Shown here piece after piece: positions 39,735-53,538 of a stretch of 64,000 nucleotides of DNA. The position numbers were made by a program, and so were the translations under genes. How positions within the stretch are numbered: the stretch's first letter is position 1; each line of letters starts with the position of its first letter. Origin of the DNA: Lama glama (lineage: Eukaryota); the NCBI GenBank assembly GCA_028534125.1, contig CM052816.1, positions 12,092,001 through 12,156,000 of the forward strand, read 5' to 3'. Below the pieces are notes generated by a model. That model made no database searches and was not told the DNA's origin. It saw only the letters and a list, made by a program, of their open reading frames with translations.

Positions 39735-40520
39735 CTGAATTTGGTCTGGTTCCCAAGGAGACTGACTCTGAGATAGAGTTTTTATGTAGGAGGCTGTATT
39801 CACCATGTCTTCTATTTTCTGCATTCTGATATGTTGACATCTGGGGCCTTGCCAACATTAAAGGGGGAGTGATTCAATTCCTGAAGATAGTAGACAAGTT
39901 AGCCATGATTATGCTTTTTAAATGCAAACCTACCAGTCCAGAGCCCACACCCCAGCAACCAGTCCGACCTACTCCAGGATTAGGTGGGAGGCAACGAAAG
40001 ACAGCCTCTGTGCCCCAGAGCCCACTGAAATTATCACAATATCGTCAACACTAAGCCTCTCCTTTCAATGCCATCATTTCCTGTTGGTCTTACCATACCT
40101 AAATCATAATAAAACCTATATTAAAATAGCAGTTCTTTGAGGAATGTTCTCAAGATCAACACATTTGAGGAAGAGATGGAAATAAGGTTGGGAAAAGAGA
40201 GGATTTACCTATGACTTACTCCCAAGAAAGGCCTCAGTCAACCCCACAGAAATGTGGAGAAGTGGGATGGCCCTTCCAAGTGGTTCCCTTTGAGGTAAAG
40301 GGCCCAGCTTTCATAACATGGTACTGATCAGGGTAGGGTCTGTTCAGACCCCAGAGGTGGGACTTGACCTTGGACTCTGAAGAAACTGACTGCCTGAGAG
40401 CATTACCCGGAGAGCGAGTCTGCCCAGTGCTGTGAGCCGCCGGTACCCTCAGCAGCTAGGGGAACTCCCTGTTCTGAGAGAGGGCTGGAGAGGTGCGTCT
40501 GTACAAGCGCTGCTAACAGG
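39735..40520. mobile_element. LTR16-like ERVL LTR interrupted (~39796-40130) by a MER21/MER77-like LTR
   Basis: 'actctgagatagagtt', 'gatcaacaca...ggcctcagtcaacccca...gggatggcccttc'; insert 'tgacatctggggccttgc...aatgcaaacctaccagtccagagcccacaccc'. Confidence 0.65.
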
Positions 40521-41579
40521 AGGTGAGAAACAGCTACCAAATGCTGTCTGCCTCGTACCCTTCATGAGCTTTCCGGTGGAGTCAACGCCACTGAGGGGAA
40601 CAAACGCTGTAGATGAAAAGGTGCTAAAAGTTCCCATCAAATGCAGAGTCAGATACGTCCTTTCAACCCTGGCAGAAAGATAAATGTCAAATAAATTAGC
40701 CACTTACAACTTTGCAAAACCTAACATACTGTGAAGATTTATCAGCTGGACCATGAACAACAATTGACTGTCTTCAACAAAGAACTAAAAAATGAAAATC
40801 AGTACAAGTGAAGTCCAAATAAAATAAGCTTCAAGAGTAGAAGAAATGTGGAAATAAAAGTTTGCTGGCTCTCTCTCTCTCCTCTCTCATTTTGCTTTAG
40901 AATTTCTTATCATTTTATAAAGTTGGTGACTGGCTTAGTAAGACAGGGCAGTTGACAAGGGCTGACTAAGCTCCACATCCTCCACATCCATGTGGCCACT
41001 GTGGATCCCGAGTGGCAGCAGTGTGATTCTAAGGGAATTTTCCATTTGTTCCTAGTTCTTTCTCTTCCATCAGTTAGAGAATAAAGATTGTTCAATACAC
41101 ATTTACCATCATTTCACTATCCTAATAAGCCATGATAAAAATATTCAAAATGTTAAAAGGATATCATAGTTGAGCCACAAAGTTTTATGGATTATTCTGT
41201 CAAATGAATGGGAAACAAGCAAAAGAGAATGGGCTTTAATCAGAGAAAGTTAGCACATTTATACAGGAAAAGCAAACACCCAGAGTTTTCATAAGAATGC
41301 AAAGAAACAACTGCAGAGGAAGAGGGGGAGCCAGTCGAGGGAGTGGCACGAAGTGAAGACACGCTTGACTGTAAGAAGCTGACGACGTGCAGGCTTCTCT
41401 AGGGACACATCTTTAAAACATGTTTGTGAGCACAGTGGCTTAGTTGTTCACTGATGCTTTCCTAGCATTCTATTCAAATGCCTTTATGCCTACAGGGTCC
41501 CTTACTTGGCTCCGTGCAGCCCAGCACGTATTTATTGTTCTGGCCCTGTCCTTGATGTAGCTGAAGATACAAAACTGTT

Positions 41580-41795
41580 CACAATAACTAACATATTTTG
41601 AGCATTTACTATTACCCAGACTCTACATAAATCTCTTTAAACCCTCACTGCACTCCTTTGATGAGCACTTTGTAGATGAAAAAAAATGAAGCTCAGGAAC
41701 ATTAAGTAATTTGCCCAAGGGTACAAGTTTATAAGCTGGTAAGACCAGAACCATAGTCAATTTGGTTGCAGTTTGAACTTTAAATCATTTTGCTA
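41580..41795 (-). mobile_element. MIR SINE
   Basis: 'tgagcatttactat...gtagatgaaaa...gctcag...attaagtaatttgcccaagg'. Confidence 0.75.
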
Positions 41796-42629
41796 TATAC
41801 TGTCTAGTCTATAAGGAGAGATTAATTATTACTAATAGAATTCAGGAGGAAGGAGAAACTGATTTTATCCTTGAAGAACTAATTGGAATTAGGTAGTTAA
41901 AAAATGGTAGTTTTACAGAGGAGAGATGTTTGCACAAAGATAGAGATTCAGGATATTGTAGGACATCTTTGGGAAACACAAGTGGGTATTGTATCAGGAA
42001 TTAGTAGCAAATAAGGTTAGCGCAAATTATAGAAGCTCTAGATACCCACCTTTCCTTCTGCTTAGTCACTGGATTTTCTAACCAGAGAAAAGTCATGGTT
42101 CAGAGTCTTTAAGAATGCCCCTAAGGGAAGAGTTGTCTCAGAGGAGATAACAAGTAAGGTATTACCTGAGAAATTACTGATCCTTAAGGTCATCTCTCCT
42201 CACCTGAATCTTCCTAGAGATTCTCAGGCCTGCTGGTGCCATTCAGCCTGGCCAGGAAGCAGTTTCCGTCTCACTCTAGCCAAATCTCTGACTTAATTGC
42301 CTACCGAGACCATCCAATGGATAACAAGACTTGGCTCATTTTGAGTGGGTGTTTTCTAGCTAGCCTGAGTCATACAAAGGGCCTTCTGGAGTCCTGACTG
42401 GGGTCAGGAAGTAGACCACTATGTCATCCTGCTGGTGGAGCCCTAACTTCTGATTCCCCTTCTGGGCTGCCTTGCGGACATCACACGTCCATAATAGGAC
42501 AGACCATGCAGCAGGGAGGAGAGGGGACACTGGAGGCGGCTCAAGTTCCAGACCAGAAAGTGGCAGAATGTCTTTTACTCCGTACAGCATCTCTGCTACA
42601 CTTTACCTCCTCAGAACAGAAAAAAAAAA

Positions 42630-43129
42630 NNNNNNNNNNNNNNNNNNNNNNNNNNNNNNNNNNNNNNNNNNNNNNNNNNNNNNNNNNNNNNNNNNNNNNN
42701 NNNNNNNNNNNNNNNNNNNNNNNNNNNNNNNNNNNNNNNNNNNNNNNNNNNNNNNNNNNNNNNNNNNNNNNNNNNNNNNNNNNNNNNNNNNNNNNNNNNN
42801 NNNNNNNNNNNNNNNNNNNNNNNNNNNNNNNNNNNNNNNNNNNNNNNNNNNNNNNNNNNNNNNNNNNNNNNNNNNNNNNNNNNNNNNNNNNNNNNNNNNN
42901 NNNNNNNNNNNNNNNNNNNNNNNNNNNNNNNNNNNNNNNNNNNNNNNNNNNNNNNNNNNNNNNNNNNNNNNNNNNNNNNNNNNNNNNNNNNNNNNNNNNN
43001 NNNNNNNNNNNNNNNNNNNNNNNNNNNNNNNNNNNNNNNNNNNNNNNNNNNNNNNNNNNNNNNNNNNNNNNNNNNNNNNNNNNNNNNNNNNNNNNNNNNN
43101 NNNNNNNNNNNNNNNNNNNNNNNNNNNNN
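42630..43129. other. Assembly gap (500 N)
   Basis: N run. Confidence 1.
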
Positions 43130-43952
43130 AAGAGTTATTTTGAAATCTTCCCCTTCCCACCACTCTTTTGTTTCTATAATGTCAAAAATGAAAATAAAAG
43201 GAAATAATTTTAGGAAGAGAAATTGTTTAATTAACCTAATTAATTTTATGAAGAGAAATTGTTTAAGCCATTACTTGGATCCAAAATAAAATCCAGTGGT
43301 TTTGTTTCTTTTATCAGTGCTTGCTTTGGAGTTTCAAATACGCAGCTTCTATGTTGCTGAGAAGCAGCACAGTATGCTGCCTTGTGGAACAGATAGAAAA
43401 TTTACACTTTAAATAAATAACATGAGCATCTTGACTAGCTCACTTCTACATCAGAAGTTTTCATAATTATAGCACCTATTCCTGGAAGATGAAAAGGAAC
43501 CTGTTGTCCCCTTTGCTGAATATCACATCATAAAATAATTTTGATTTTACTCCTTTCCTATAAGAGCACTCCTAACTCACTGAATTGGAAAGACAGAAGT
43601 GAGACCCTACTGATCAGAAATTTACCTACGGGGCAGAGCCAGTGAGTGTGCTGGTCTCATAGATTATGAAAAAATTTTATTTTACATAAAAATACATATC
43701 CCCTCCACTTACATCCTTTGATGTATACGTTCCTGGAAACTGTTTCCTTTTCTAATAACACCATTTTCTTGTCAACTTTAAGTAGATGATAGTAATAGTG
43801 CCAACAACATGTGAAATTCTAAACACGATGCATGGGTGAACTCGTTTAGTCCTCATAAAACTCCATGAGACCATGAGATGAGTAGAACCACTGGCCTTAT
43901 GTTAAAGATAAAGAAAATGAGTCCAAGCTATGTTAAGTAACTTACTGGTGAG

Positions 43953-44518
43953 GGCACCCCAATGTCCACAGCAGCACTATTTACAATAGCCGAGACACGG
44001 AAACAACCCACATGTCCATCAACAGATGACCGGATAAAGAAGATGCAGTACATATATACAATGGAACACTACTCAGCCATAAAAAAAGAATAAAATAATG
44101 CCATTTGTAGCAACATGGATTGACCTGGAAATTGTCATATTAAGTAAAGTAAGCTGGAAACAGAAAGCAAAATACCATATGATATTACTTATATGTGGAA
44201 ACTAAAAAAGTTCAACAAATGAACTTATTTACAAAACAGAAACAGACTCACAGACATAGAGAGCAAAACTGTGGTTACCAGTGGGAAACAGTAGGGAGTG
44301 GAGCAATAAATTGCCAGTTTGGAGTTTGCAGATACTAACTACTATATATAATAGATAAATGGCAAGGGCCTACTGTATAGCACAGGAACTATAGTCAATA
44401 TCCTGTAATAACCTATAATGAAAAGGAATACAAAAAAGAATACATAATGTGTGTAATTGAATAACTATGCTGAACACCAGAAGTTAACACAGCACTGTAA
44501 ATCAACTATACTTCCATA
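43953..44518 (+). mobile_element. 5'-truncated L1 (third, older 3' UTR type), inserted in a MIR
   Basis: 'gcaccccaatgtccacagcagcactatttacaatagcc...tactgtatagcacagg...cactgtaaatcaactatacttc'. Confidence 0.9.
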
Positions 44519-46799
44519 AGAGTTACTTTAGAGAAAAATCTGCTTCTAGTACTAAGCTATAAACTAGTATTTCAAACCTTAGAGTATTTGTATAGATAAC
44601 CATATACTGGAAAAAACAACACATAAAGTTCATCTGTTTAGCATTATAAACAACAGCCATGAAAACAAAGGAATAAGTACAAATACTAAGTGTAATGGAA
44701 AGTTGTAATCATACAGTCTGGTACAAGTCTAGATGTTCTTGGCTCAATTTCCCCAGCAAGTGACGCTCTCAGCATCTGAAGGTGAGCAGGGTGGTCGCCT
44801 GGGGTGGGGGGGCTCAAGCATAGGGTAGGGGTACCAGGGCAACTGCACCTTACACAGGTTTCCAAACAATCCTCTCCTCTCCACTCAGCCTCACCCCTCT
44901 CCATTTCCTTTAGAATTACTCAAGAGTTCCAAATCCTGAACCTTTCTGAGGTCTGGGGGCTGACACTGGCTAGGTGCTAACTGGCTGCATTAAGCAGGCA
45001 GATTTCAACTTCATCTGCTCTGCTAGTCTGCTGCCATTCCTCCATCCATTTTCCTCCTTTGTGTGCTGTTGCTGTCTCTCATCTGGGGTCTTCTCCCCCG
45101 ACATCCTTTCTCTTTGTAGACTTACATCTCTATTGTCTTCACTGTCATTGTTTTCCATTATTGTTTTCGAGAAACAAGCATGAACATGTACATTCAATCT
45201 ACTACATTTGACCAGAGGTTCTTTCATCCATTTCTACATCACCTATTTACATGTTTACTTACTGATAATATTAAGCATGCTATTATATCCCTGTTAATAC
45301 TTAAAACCCCGCCTCTCAATTTTAATAAATCTTCTCATCTCAATATGTATATATGCCAACCTTTAAACTCTATGAACACCCATAGATTTGAACACCTTCC
45401 TTGGTCTAAGTCCTCCTCCCATATTTATTTGATCACCCTGTTTTTAGGTTGGTTCCAACTCTAAAGTATCATGGTGTGTCAACTACTATTTGTATCCGAT
45501 CTTATTGCAGTTAAGACAGCAGGAAATAATGGCAATGTTTAGATTAATATTTTGAGCTGTAGTCATCTATGTTTCCAGGCACTTAGATAATGTGATTGAT
45601 CCAGAATGAAGTTTTCATTTTATCTGGAGTTTTCTAACCCACTATTGCAAAGTCACACCCACAATTTCCAGATCTACGTAAAGCATGCATTAGACATAGT
45701 GAAAGATCATGAAGACTGGTATAAAATGTTGCTGAAATGAGAAGGCCATCATCTCCCCATGAGGCTTTAATATCTCAAGAAAAATATACACTTGGGAAGG
45801 AAAGACACTGAATCATAGAAACAGAGAAGACGCGGCTCAAAGCAGACTATTGCTTTTATCTGTCAGTGAATTTTTGCTTGCTAGTTTGCTTTGTTTTATA
45901 GCTTTCTTTGGCTCTATAAAGTATCTTGACATATTGTCTGAGACCTCCAGTTTGCTATTTATTCCATTTTTTTTTAGAGTAAGTGAGATGCCATTTTGAA
46001 AGGCACTGAGGCATCACCATTAAATTATACCCCTTGTATGCGCAGACAGCCATGTACTGAGCTCACTCCTACTTACTCATTCAGCCCTAATTTACGCCTA
46101 GCTTAGGAGAGCAGTGGTGATCACCATGATATGACAGACTTGGTACTCAGATACATGGACATTCTTCCTTATAAAGTCTAATTATTACTCCACCTTACAG
46201 GGTATCAGTTTTACTGGGAATTCAGGTATTCTATTCAAATGAAGAATATGCTATACTTTGGAACATACAATAATAACTTAGCATGTTGACAAGCATATAG
46301 TTGCTCAATAACTATCAATTCAAAATCTCACTGAACATTCATGGCCAGTTCCCACACTAAGGGTTTTGTCCCAGCTAGTCCACTGCCCTAAACACCCTTG
46401 CCCCAGATATTAAGATCATGGCTCTTCCTTATCTTTCCAGCATCAGCCGACATATGCCTTTCTCAGAGAAATTTCCTCTGGTCACTGCTTTTAGAGTAAC
46501 CCTCCTTCACAGCACCCGTTTTATTGTTTTTTTCTACTTACCAGGGCTTAATTTTTTTTATTATTAATTTGCTTATATACTAGAAAGAGGTCATTCTATT
46601 TTATCCTGTTTTATTTCTAGTGCCTAGAACAGTGCCAGAATAGAACTGGCATATGCATGTCTCCACATCAGAGAATGGGACCTTGTCTGGTGTGTTTATT
46701 ATGGTAGCTTTAACTCTTTGTACATGGTATAGCCTTCATTTGTATTCAGTCAGTGAATGAATGGCTTTCCTCTCAAATTTAATGCCTAACTGTACTAGA

Positions 46800-47290
46800 T
46801 ATTTCAAAGTATAATTCCCCACTCCTGATATTGATCCAAGACAAATAAAAACTTTCATTTACACACAAAGACAAGTTCTGGTGAGTGGAAAATAAACTGT
46901 GCTACATCCATTCAACAGATACTACTAGGTAATGGAAAGGAACGGATACCAAAATACACAACGACACGGATTAATCTCTTTCATAATGCCGAGTGAATGA
47001 AGTAGGACTCAAAAGGCTACATACTCTATGATTCCATTGATAGGACATTCTGGAAATGGCAACACTTCAAAGGCAGAAAACAGAACAGTGATTGCTAGGC
47101 CTCCAGGGTAGCCGCAGGGGCTCACCACTAGGGGCAGTATAAGGGAATCAGGGGCTGATGAAACTGTTTTACATCATGGTTGATGTGCTGGCCGTATCAA
47201 TGTACGTGCTTGTCCAAACTAGAACTCTTCCTCAAAAACAGTGAATATTACTTTATGCAAATTATATATCAATTATTTAAAAAGTAAAAA
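46800..47290 (+). mobile_element. Old L1 (L1MB/MC-like) 3' end
   Basis: 'aattccccactcc','aaggctacatactctatgattccatt','aaattatatatcaat'. Confidence 0.75.
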
Positions 47291-47369
47291 TACGTGAGCC
47301 ATTATAATCCACTACAGCTGAAAGCATTACTGAGCTGTTCTTTAGCTGCCTAGCTGTTTTCCTTTGAGT

Positions 47370-47870
47370 GACAGTAGGAAAATATGTCATATCATTTCAC
47401 TCCTCCAACATCTTCCCAGATCAGTTCTCATAATGGTCTACAAGCCCCTACCTGAAAGGCTAATCCATGGCTTTGTTGACCTCATCTTCTATCACCCTCT
47501 TCCTTTTTCACTCTGCTCCAGCCACAGAAGCCACCCTACTGAACGTCAAACACATCCCGCACATGGGGCCTTTGCAGCTGCTGTTCTCTCCCAGGAGCTG
47601 GCCTCCCTACATTTACATGTCTTTCTGCTTTACTTCCTTCAGCTCTCTCTGCAAAATCATCTGATCAGAGATGCTTTTCTTGGCCATCCTATAGTAACAG
47701 TACCTTCCTTCTTGTATATAGCTTTTCTTTTCTCTACAGAAAATTTTATTTTTTTAATCTGTAGGCCATCATAGGATATAAGCTTCATAAAGTCTGAGAT
47801 TATGTTTTATTCACTATTATTTCTCCACATTTTAGAACAGTTCCCAGTTTTAATAAGTGCTTATATAAAA
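47370..47870 (+). mobile_element. LINE-2 3' fragment
   Basis: 'ggtctacaagccccta','cactctgctccagccaca','gggcctttgca','tagaacagt'. Confidence 0.75.
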
Positions 47871-47889
47871 TTAGTACACACACACACAC

Positions 47890-48285
47890 AGAGCTAAGCC
47901 TTGTTTCCTAAACTTCCCTGCTTATGGATATTATATGACTAGTTCTCATCAACGGAATGTAAATGCAAGAGATACTTCACTATTTGCTCTAAGAAGCTAT
48001 GATCAATTTCCCTTCCCTTTAGTCTCTTCTTTCTCTTGTCCCTAACCCTAATGGATAATACTTACATAACATCAAATTCTTGAAGCCATTTACTGAAGAT
48101 GGGAGAGTCCCAACATGGAAACAGCCTAGGTCCATGAAGACTGTATGCAGTAGAGCCTTCCCCCACCTCCCACCCCAACGCTGGACTCTGTAACATTAAT
48201 GAGAAATAAAACTTTATTGTGTAAATCCACTACACTTTCGAGTTGTTTGTTACAGCAGGTATCATGACTTACCCTGACTAACACA
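47890..48285 (+). mobile_element. Old MaLR LTR 3' part
   Basis: 'gagaaataaaactttattgtgtaaatccact...ttgtttgttacagca...accctgactaacaca'. Confidence 0.75.
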
Positions 48286-48559
48286 GAAATTTAGAATCAA
48301 AAGATGTTTCTAAGCTGAGGTTTGCTACACCTGGCCATTATTTATGCTACGGAACTATTTCCAGACTGTGTAAAATGAGGAGAGTAAACACCAAGCACTT
48401 CAGAGGATGAAAATGCTCTGCAAATCAAAAAAAAAAAAAGCATGGAAAATATATAATTTTAAAGAATTTCACAAATGCAAGTTGTGTAAAGTGTAACTTC
48501 TCTTACTTGGCTGATTCAGGTTCAATTTTCCCAGTCCTTTAATGACTTCTCCTCCTGTT

Positions 48560-49360
48560 CATTCCCTCAATATTTAGCATTATGTAATTAGTACATTCTC
48601 TGTGGCAAGCACTGTGCTGAACAAAGACAACTGACCTGTCTTCACAGAAATGAGCAGAGAAAACAGCAATGAAACAATCGACCACAGTGTGAAAAGGACC
48701 TTCAGAAAGGGGTCTACAGAGTGTTACAGGAACACACAGTAGGAAAGCCTGCCCCATACTTGAGATATTAGGGATATGGTCCCAGAGGAAGTGACATCAA
48801 GCTGATACTTCAATGACTAGGATAAATTTGAGAAGTAAACTGAATCGTGGGGTTTGAGGGGGCATGTTCTGTAGAACACATGGCAGTATCAAGGAACTTG
48901 AAGTCAGAGTGAACAGAGGGTAACATGCTTGCAGGAGGATGGATGGTAAGAGATACGGGCTGAGTGTGAGGACGAGAGCCAGTTCTGAAGAGCTCAAAAC
49001 GTAACGGAGGGTGTTTGGTTCTTATGTAAAGAGAAACAGAAACTACTAAAAGGTTAAAAATATAATAATATCATTATATTTGCTTTTTAGAAAGAGGGAT
49101 CAGGATGAATTATAATGAATTATAATGAATCATGGATTAGATTACAATCCAATAAATTAGGATTTATTCCCCCAGTGAACCTGAGGATGAAAGAATACAG
49201 AAGGCTGCTGGCAATTTTCAAGGCAAATACGATAGAAATTTCAACTAGGGACATTTAGATTAATATTGCCAGGACACTGCTACTGTAACTAGTTATATGA
49301 CTGGAACAAGAAGAAAAGGTAAGGTTTACTTCCAGTTTTCTAGTTTGGGCAAATTCTGCA
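48560..49360 (-). mobile_element. LINE-2 fragment
   Basis: 'ctgtggcaagcactgtgct','cccagaggaagtgacat','tttgctttttagaaag','ccagttttctagtttgggcaa'. Confidence 0.65.
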
Positions 49361-49634
49361 ACTGTAAGATTTAAAGTCTTCTCCTTGGCCACCACTGTGT
49401 TCCCTTCTGTATTTCCTCCTCTAACATCACTAACTGTCTCTCAGTCAATCCTACATCATCAGCTTTACACTCAGCCAAGACCACCATCTCTGACTATCCA
49501 TAGTCGTACATCTATTCTCTCCCCCTTTCCCTCTCTTCCCCTCCCTCTTTTTATTTATAACAACTTCCCTTTGCCTTACTGTTTTGTCTCAGGCATCCAA
49601 TAAAGTTTAGGTAGAAATCATGACTACTGGCACC

Positions 49635-49960
49635 TTGCCAGTTTTCACCATTAAGTATAGTATTAATTTTTTTGCATTATCCTTTTCAACTTGTGGAAGT
49701 TTTTTCTATTCCTAATTAGCTGAGTTTTTAAATAAAAGGATATTAAATTTTTTCAATTTTTTTCTCCACTATTCTCTTAATATGGTCAATTACACTGGTT
49801 GACATTTGTATGTTAAACCAACCCAGCTTTTGGGGGATCATATTTCTTGGCCATGGTATAATAATATCCTTTGCACATGCTGATGAACCTGATTTGCTGA
49901 TATTTTTAAGGTTATTTCTGTGTCCATGCTTATGATTCATATTGATCTTATGTTTTTTAT
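49635..49960 (-). mobile_element. Old L1 ORF2 fragment
   Basis: 'ttttcaccattaagtat','tgttaaaccaacc','tttgctgatattttt'; minus ORF has ...GWFNI..S..VIDHI..R. Confidence 0.75.
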
Positions 49961-51745
49961 CTTCCCATTACAAACAACTAGAAAAATGGACAAATGCATG
50001 AAATGACTGTCCTGAAACATTAGGTGTCCGGAATTCCCTAAAAGGAGGTAAACACATAAAGGGCACCCTTTGAGCAAGCTGGATTTCTTCTTGGAAGCAC
50101 TTTCCTGACCCTTGCGTACTGAGGGAAATCCTAAGCAGAGCAGGGCTATCTTGCTGAATTAAGGACAAAGAGGTAAAATTTCAGAGGCTGAGGCTCCGAG
50201 AAGGAGGTAACTATACAAGGAAAGAGATGCATAAATCTGCATAGGAATGAATACTCTTATATCTTCTTCTGAATACTAAAACAAGCAAGTCTGAAGTCCA
50301 GCTGAAAAATTGTTTTTTGGATACACTCTGCATTCCCTGTTTAATGAAGTGTTTGGCATAATGGTGATTCAACCTTGAGTTATAACCACTTGACCCAAAA
50401 TGATTAGTTGAAGAGAAAAAAATTATTTCAATTTGTTGATTGTTTTCATGTGCTCAGCAAGTTTGTTTTTCCCACTGAATTGGTGGTTTCCTTTGTTCTG
50501 GAATAAACGGAAGACTGGCCTCCAGAAACACGTTATTTTGGCCAGCAGATAGATGAAGTGATTAGGCACGGTATGGTCCTTTTCCATTTTTTAATTTCAG
50601 TGATGATTGCTAGCAGACGGCAAGCAATATGTAGCCTCCTCCTCAGGTGTGCTGGCATATTGCAATTAAAATAAGCTACCCTTCGTCACCCAGGAGGAAA
50701 GTGATTGATCAAAGTGTCACATGATTTACTTTCACTGTAAACTACAATTCGCTGCCCAAAATACTACAATTTATTTAGTAAAAAGAGGCTATCATTAAAA
50801 CCCAGACACATGTTACTCACAGATTGTGGTCTAAGGAACTGCGAATGACAGGTAAACACATTCAGTGGCTTCTCCACGTTCGCTCTTATTATAAATAATT
50901 GTCCAAATTAGTGTTATCCAAATGCTGTGCAGAAGCTTGGGTAAAGATGCTATTTAATGTAATGTAAGTAAGATTATGTTTTATACACAGTGACACCAAT
51001 CCAAGTCAGGCTAGTAAGGGGGTCACAGCAAAGCTGTAAGAGATGCAGATGGCAAACCATCTTGAAAATTCTACAACCAACCTAGGTTCACAGGAAGAAG
51101 AGTATAACCTGGAGGCAAGTCACTCTAAGGACCATTATTGTCACCAATGCTTTATACTGAGCAGCAGTGAACAGTGACCTAAGATTACAAGTTAATTTAG
51201 TTTGGAATCAATCCCAAGATGTAAGACTTCCTTGACTGTGAAGTATAGAAAGATGATAATTATGTAGGAGTGACCACAGTGGGCCCCTCATACTGGTACT
51301 GTTTGATTTTTTTTTTCAAAGGGCATTTAATATCTAGCTTCATATTGACAGTATAGTATCGTTAAAGAGCTTATGCTCTTGAGCCAGAATGCCTTGAGTT
51401 CCAAGGTGACTCTGAAACATCAGTTCTTAAGCCTCAGTTTTACCAGCTGTGAAGTCTGGGCTAGTTAGACGGCTTACTTCTTAGGGCTGTGAAAGTTAAA
51501 ATAACTAGCTAAGGTTCTTGGAGCTGGCAGTGGATGGAGTCAGGATGCAAAACAAACAGTCAGGTTCTAGAGTCTGCATTCTAACCACCACACACACTGT
51601 CTCTCCCTTTTTAGAGGTTTGTGACCATTTAGCAAAATCGTGCACATGGGGCATTTAGGCTACTGCTGGGTTTGGAGTTTTCAATGACTGGTAGCGAGGA
51701 GAAGGCACAGGAGTTAGAGGAAAAGGAGGTTAGCAGATTAGGGAA

Positions 51746-51954
51746 GGGGGTTACGAATCTTTATTGTAAAGGGTCAGATAATAAGTATTTTAGATTTTAA
51801 AGGATATACATTCTGTCTCAACTCCTCAACCCTGCCATTGTAGCTAGAAAGCAGCCACATGTAATACATAAATGACCAGGCGTGTTCCAACACGGTCTTG
51901 CTTGCAAAATATCTGTTGGGTTGGATTCACCTCTTGGGCCAGTTTGGCATCTGG
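51746..51954 (+). mobile_element. MER58A (hAT-Charlie)
   Basis: 'tgtaaagggtcagataataagtattttag','caactcctcaaccctgccattgtagc','aaagcagcca'. Confidence 0.8.
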
Positions 51955-52407
51955 ATTAGAGAGTGAGGATTTGAATGAAGCCTTTTTAAAATTTGTTTCA
52001 GCTTTATTGAGGTATAATTGACAAACAGTGGATGTCATCTTTTGATAAGTCTAGCATTGTTTTCATTCTTTCCCAGCTGCCTCCCTCTGGCCGACGGCAT
52101 CACTGGGAACAGTGAAGGGATGAGATCCTGTTACCTCTAGGCTGTTTCCAGAACTGATGGTCTAAGCTTACATGGTACAGTTCCAGTGTATTATCTGAAG
52201 ATGATTTAGTGACAGTCAACCAGAAAAAACTGAAATTAAATCCTAGCTCCAGACGTGGTAGACACGGCTCAGACCATGGTAAACACTATGCCTGTATCCC
52301 GTTTTTGCTCAAATCAGAATTGTGTATGTTCAAGGGAAAAAAATACACATTTGTACCTGGAATGCTTCACACTTTTCAAACCCTGTCTGCCAGGCGATGT
52401 TTGCAGC

Positions 52408-52542
52408 TAGGGTGGACATATGTCCTGTTTGCCTGTGAAAACTCCAGGCTATGCCTGTTGAGCCTGTCCAATTACTATTGGCATCCTCTTTCACGCATCT
52501 AAAAGCATCCCAGTTTGGATGAAAAGTTATATGGTCACCCTA
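52408..52542 (+). mobile_element. MER94-like hAT-Blackjack MITE
   Basis: 135 bp with terminal inverted repeats tagggtggacata / tatggtcacccta. Confidence 0.8.
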
Positions 52543-53399
52543 TAGACAGGCATTAAGTCCCAATTCTACAGATCTCCACTTACTCTGGAAGCTACAAAAT
52601 TCTTCCCAACAAGGGACAGAGAACAATTCTCATCTAATATTTCCTCTGTTTTAGCAAACATTTATTGAGTACCTAATATATATCATGTCCTGGGAAAGAC
52701 ATCAGAGATCAACGATCCCTCGGAAGTTTTCATTTTATCTGGAGAAACTCTGTGAAGGTTTATATGAACTCATCTCCGACCGACATATTTCAATTCCACA
52801 AGCACAGGCTGTCTTTTCACAGATCCCCTCCACTGTTTTGTGTTCCACATGAACCAAAGCTATTTGAGAGCAGAGACAGGGTACACAGCTGACCCCTATC
52901 ACCAACAGCTAGTCTTGCTTGCTGTGTACTAAGTGAGCCCTAAGTAACTATTTGTGGCATGAATAATTCAGTACTCATCAAAGGTTCCCTCATTAAGCAT
53001 CGATTTTTTGGGTCCCCATATCGCACTGAGCAAGAGAAGTGAATTATTACAGAAAATTTCAATGGCCTGTGTGAGTAGCTGCATAGCGTCTTCATACCCT
53101 ATACCTGTTATTTATTGAGAGTTTACTCTCTGCCCTAAATATAACATTTGTATATTATATGGCACTTAATTCTCCATCACCCCAGGAGGCAGGAGCTATT
53201 ATTTTTCTATTTTATAGATAATAAAGCTATAGCACAAAGAATTTAGGGAATTTACATAAGACAACATCGCTAGGATGCAATGGAAGCCAGATCCCACTCA
53301 TTAGATTCCCATGAAGACTGAAACATTATGAAAGCTGTCAAGCATAACACAACTGATATATATATATATAAACTCAATGAAAGCCTTGACTAAATTGCT

Positions 53400-53538
53400 T
53401 GATATAATAGTTCCAGTATCACTACTACAAATATTGCATAGATGGTACTTACATTAAAAAAGAAAAATTTGTTTTTCATCTGAAATTCAGATTTAACTGG
53501 GTGTGCTGTATTTGTATTTGCTATGTCTGACAACACTA
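53400..53538. mobile_element. MER53-like hAT relic
   Basis: 'aaatattgcat...tctgaaattcagatttaactgggtgt..tgtattt..atttgcta..tctgacaac.cta'. Confidence 0.75.

Noticed and set aside
42472..43207. 186-233 aa ORFs
   Set aside because: Artefacts of translating through the 500-N gap.
43317..43330. 'gtgcttgctttgg' resembling the U6 snRNA 5' end
   Set aside because: Similarity stops after ~13 nt; no U6 body.
44757..44781. 25-nt ccccag...gtgagc microexon-like segment
   Set aside because: Not frame-preserving and no other support; such motif pairs are common by chance.
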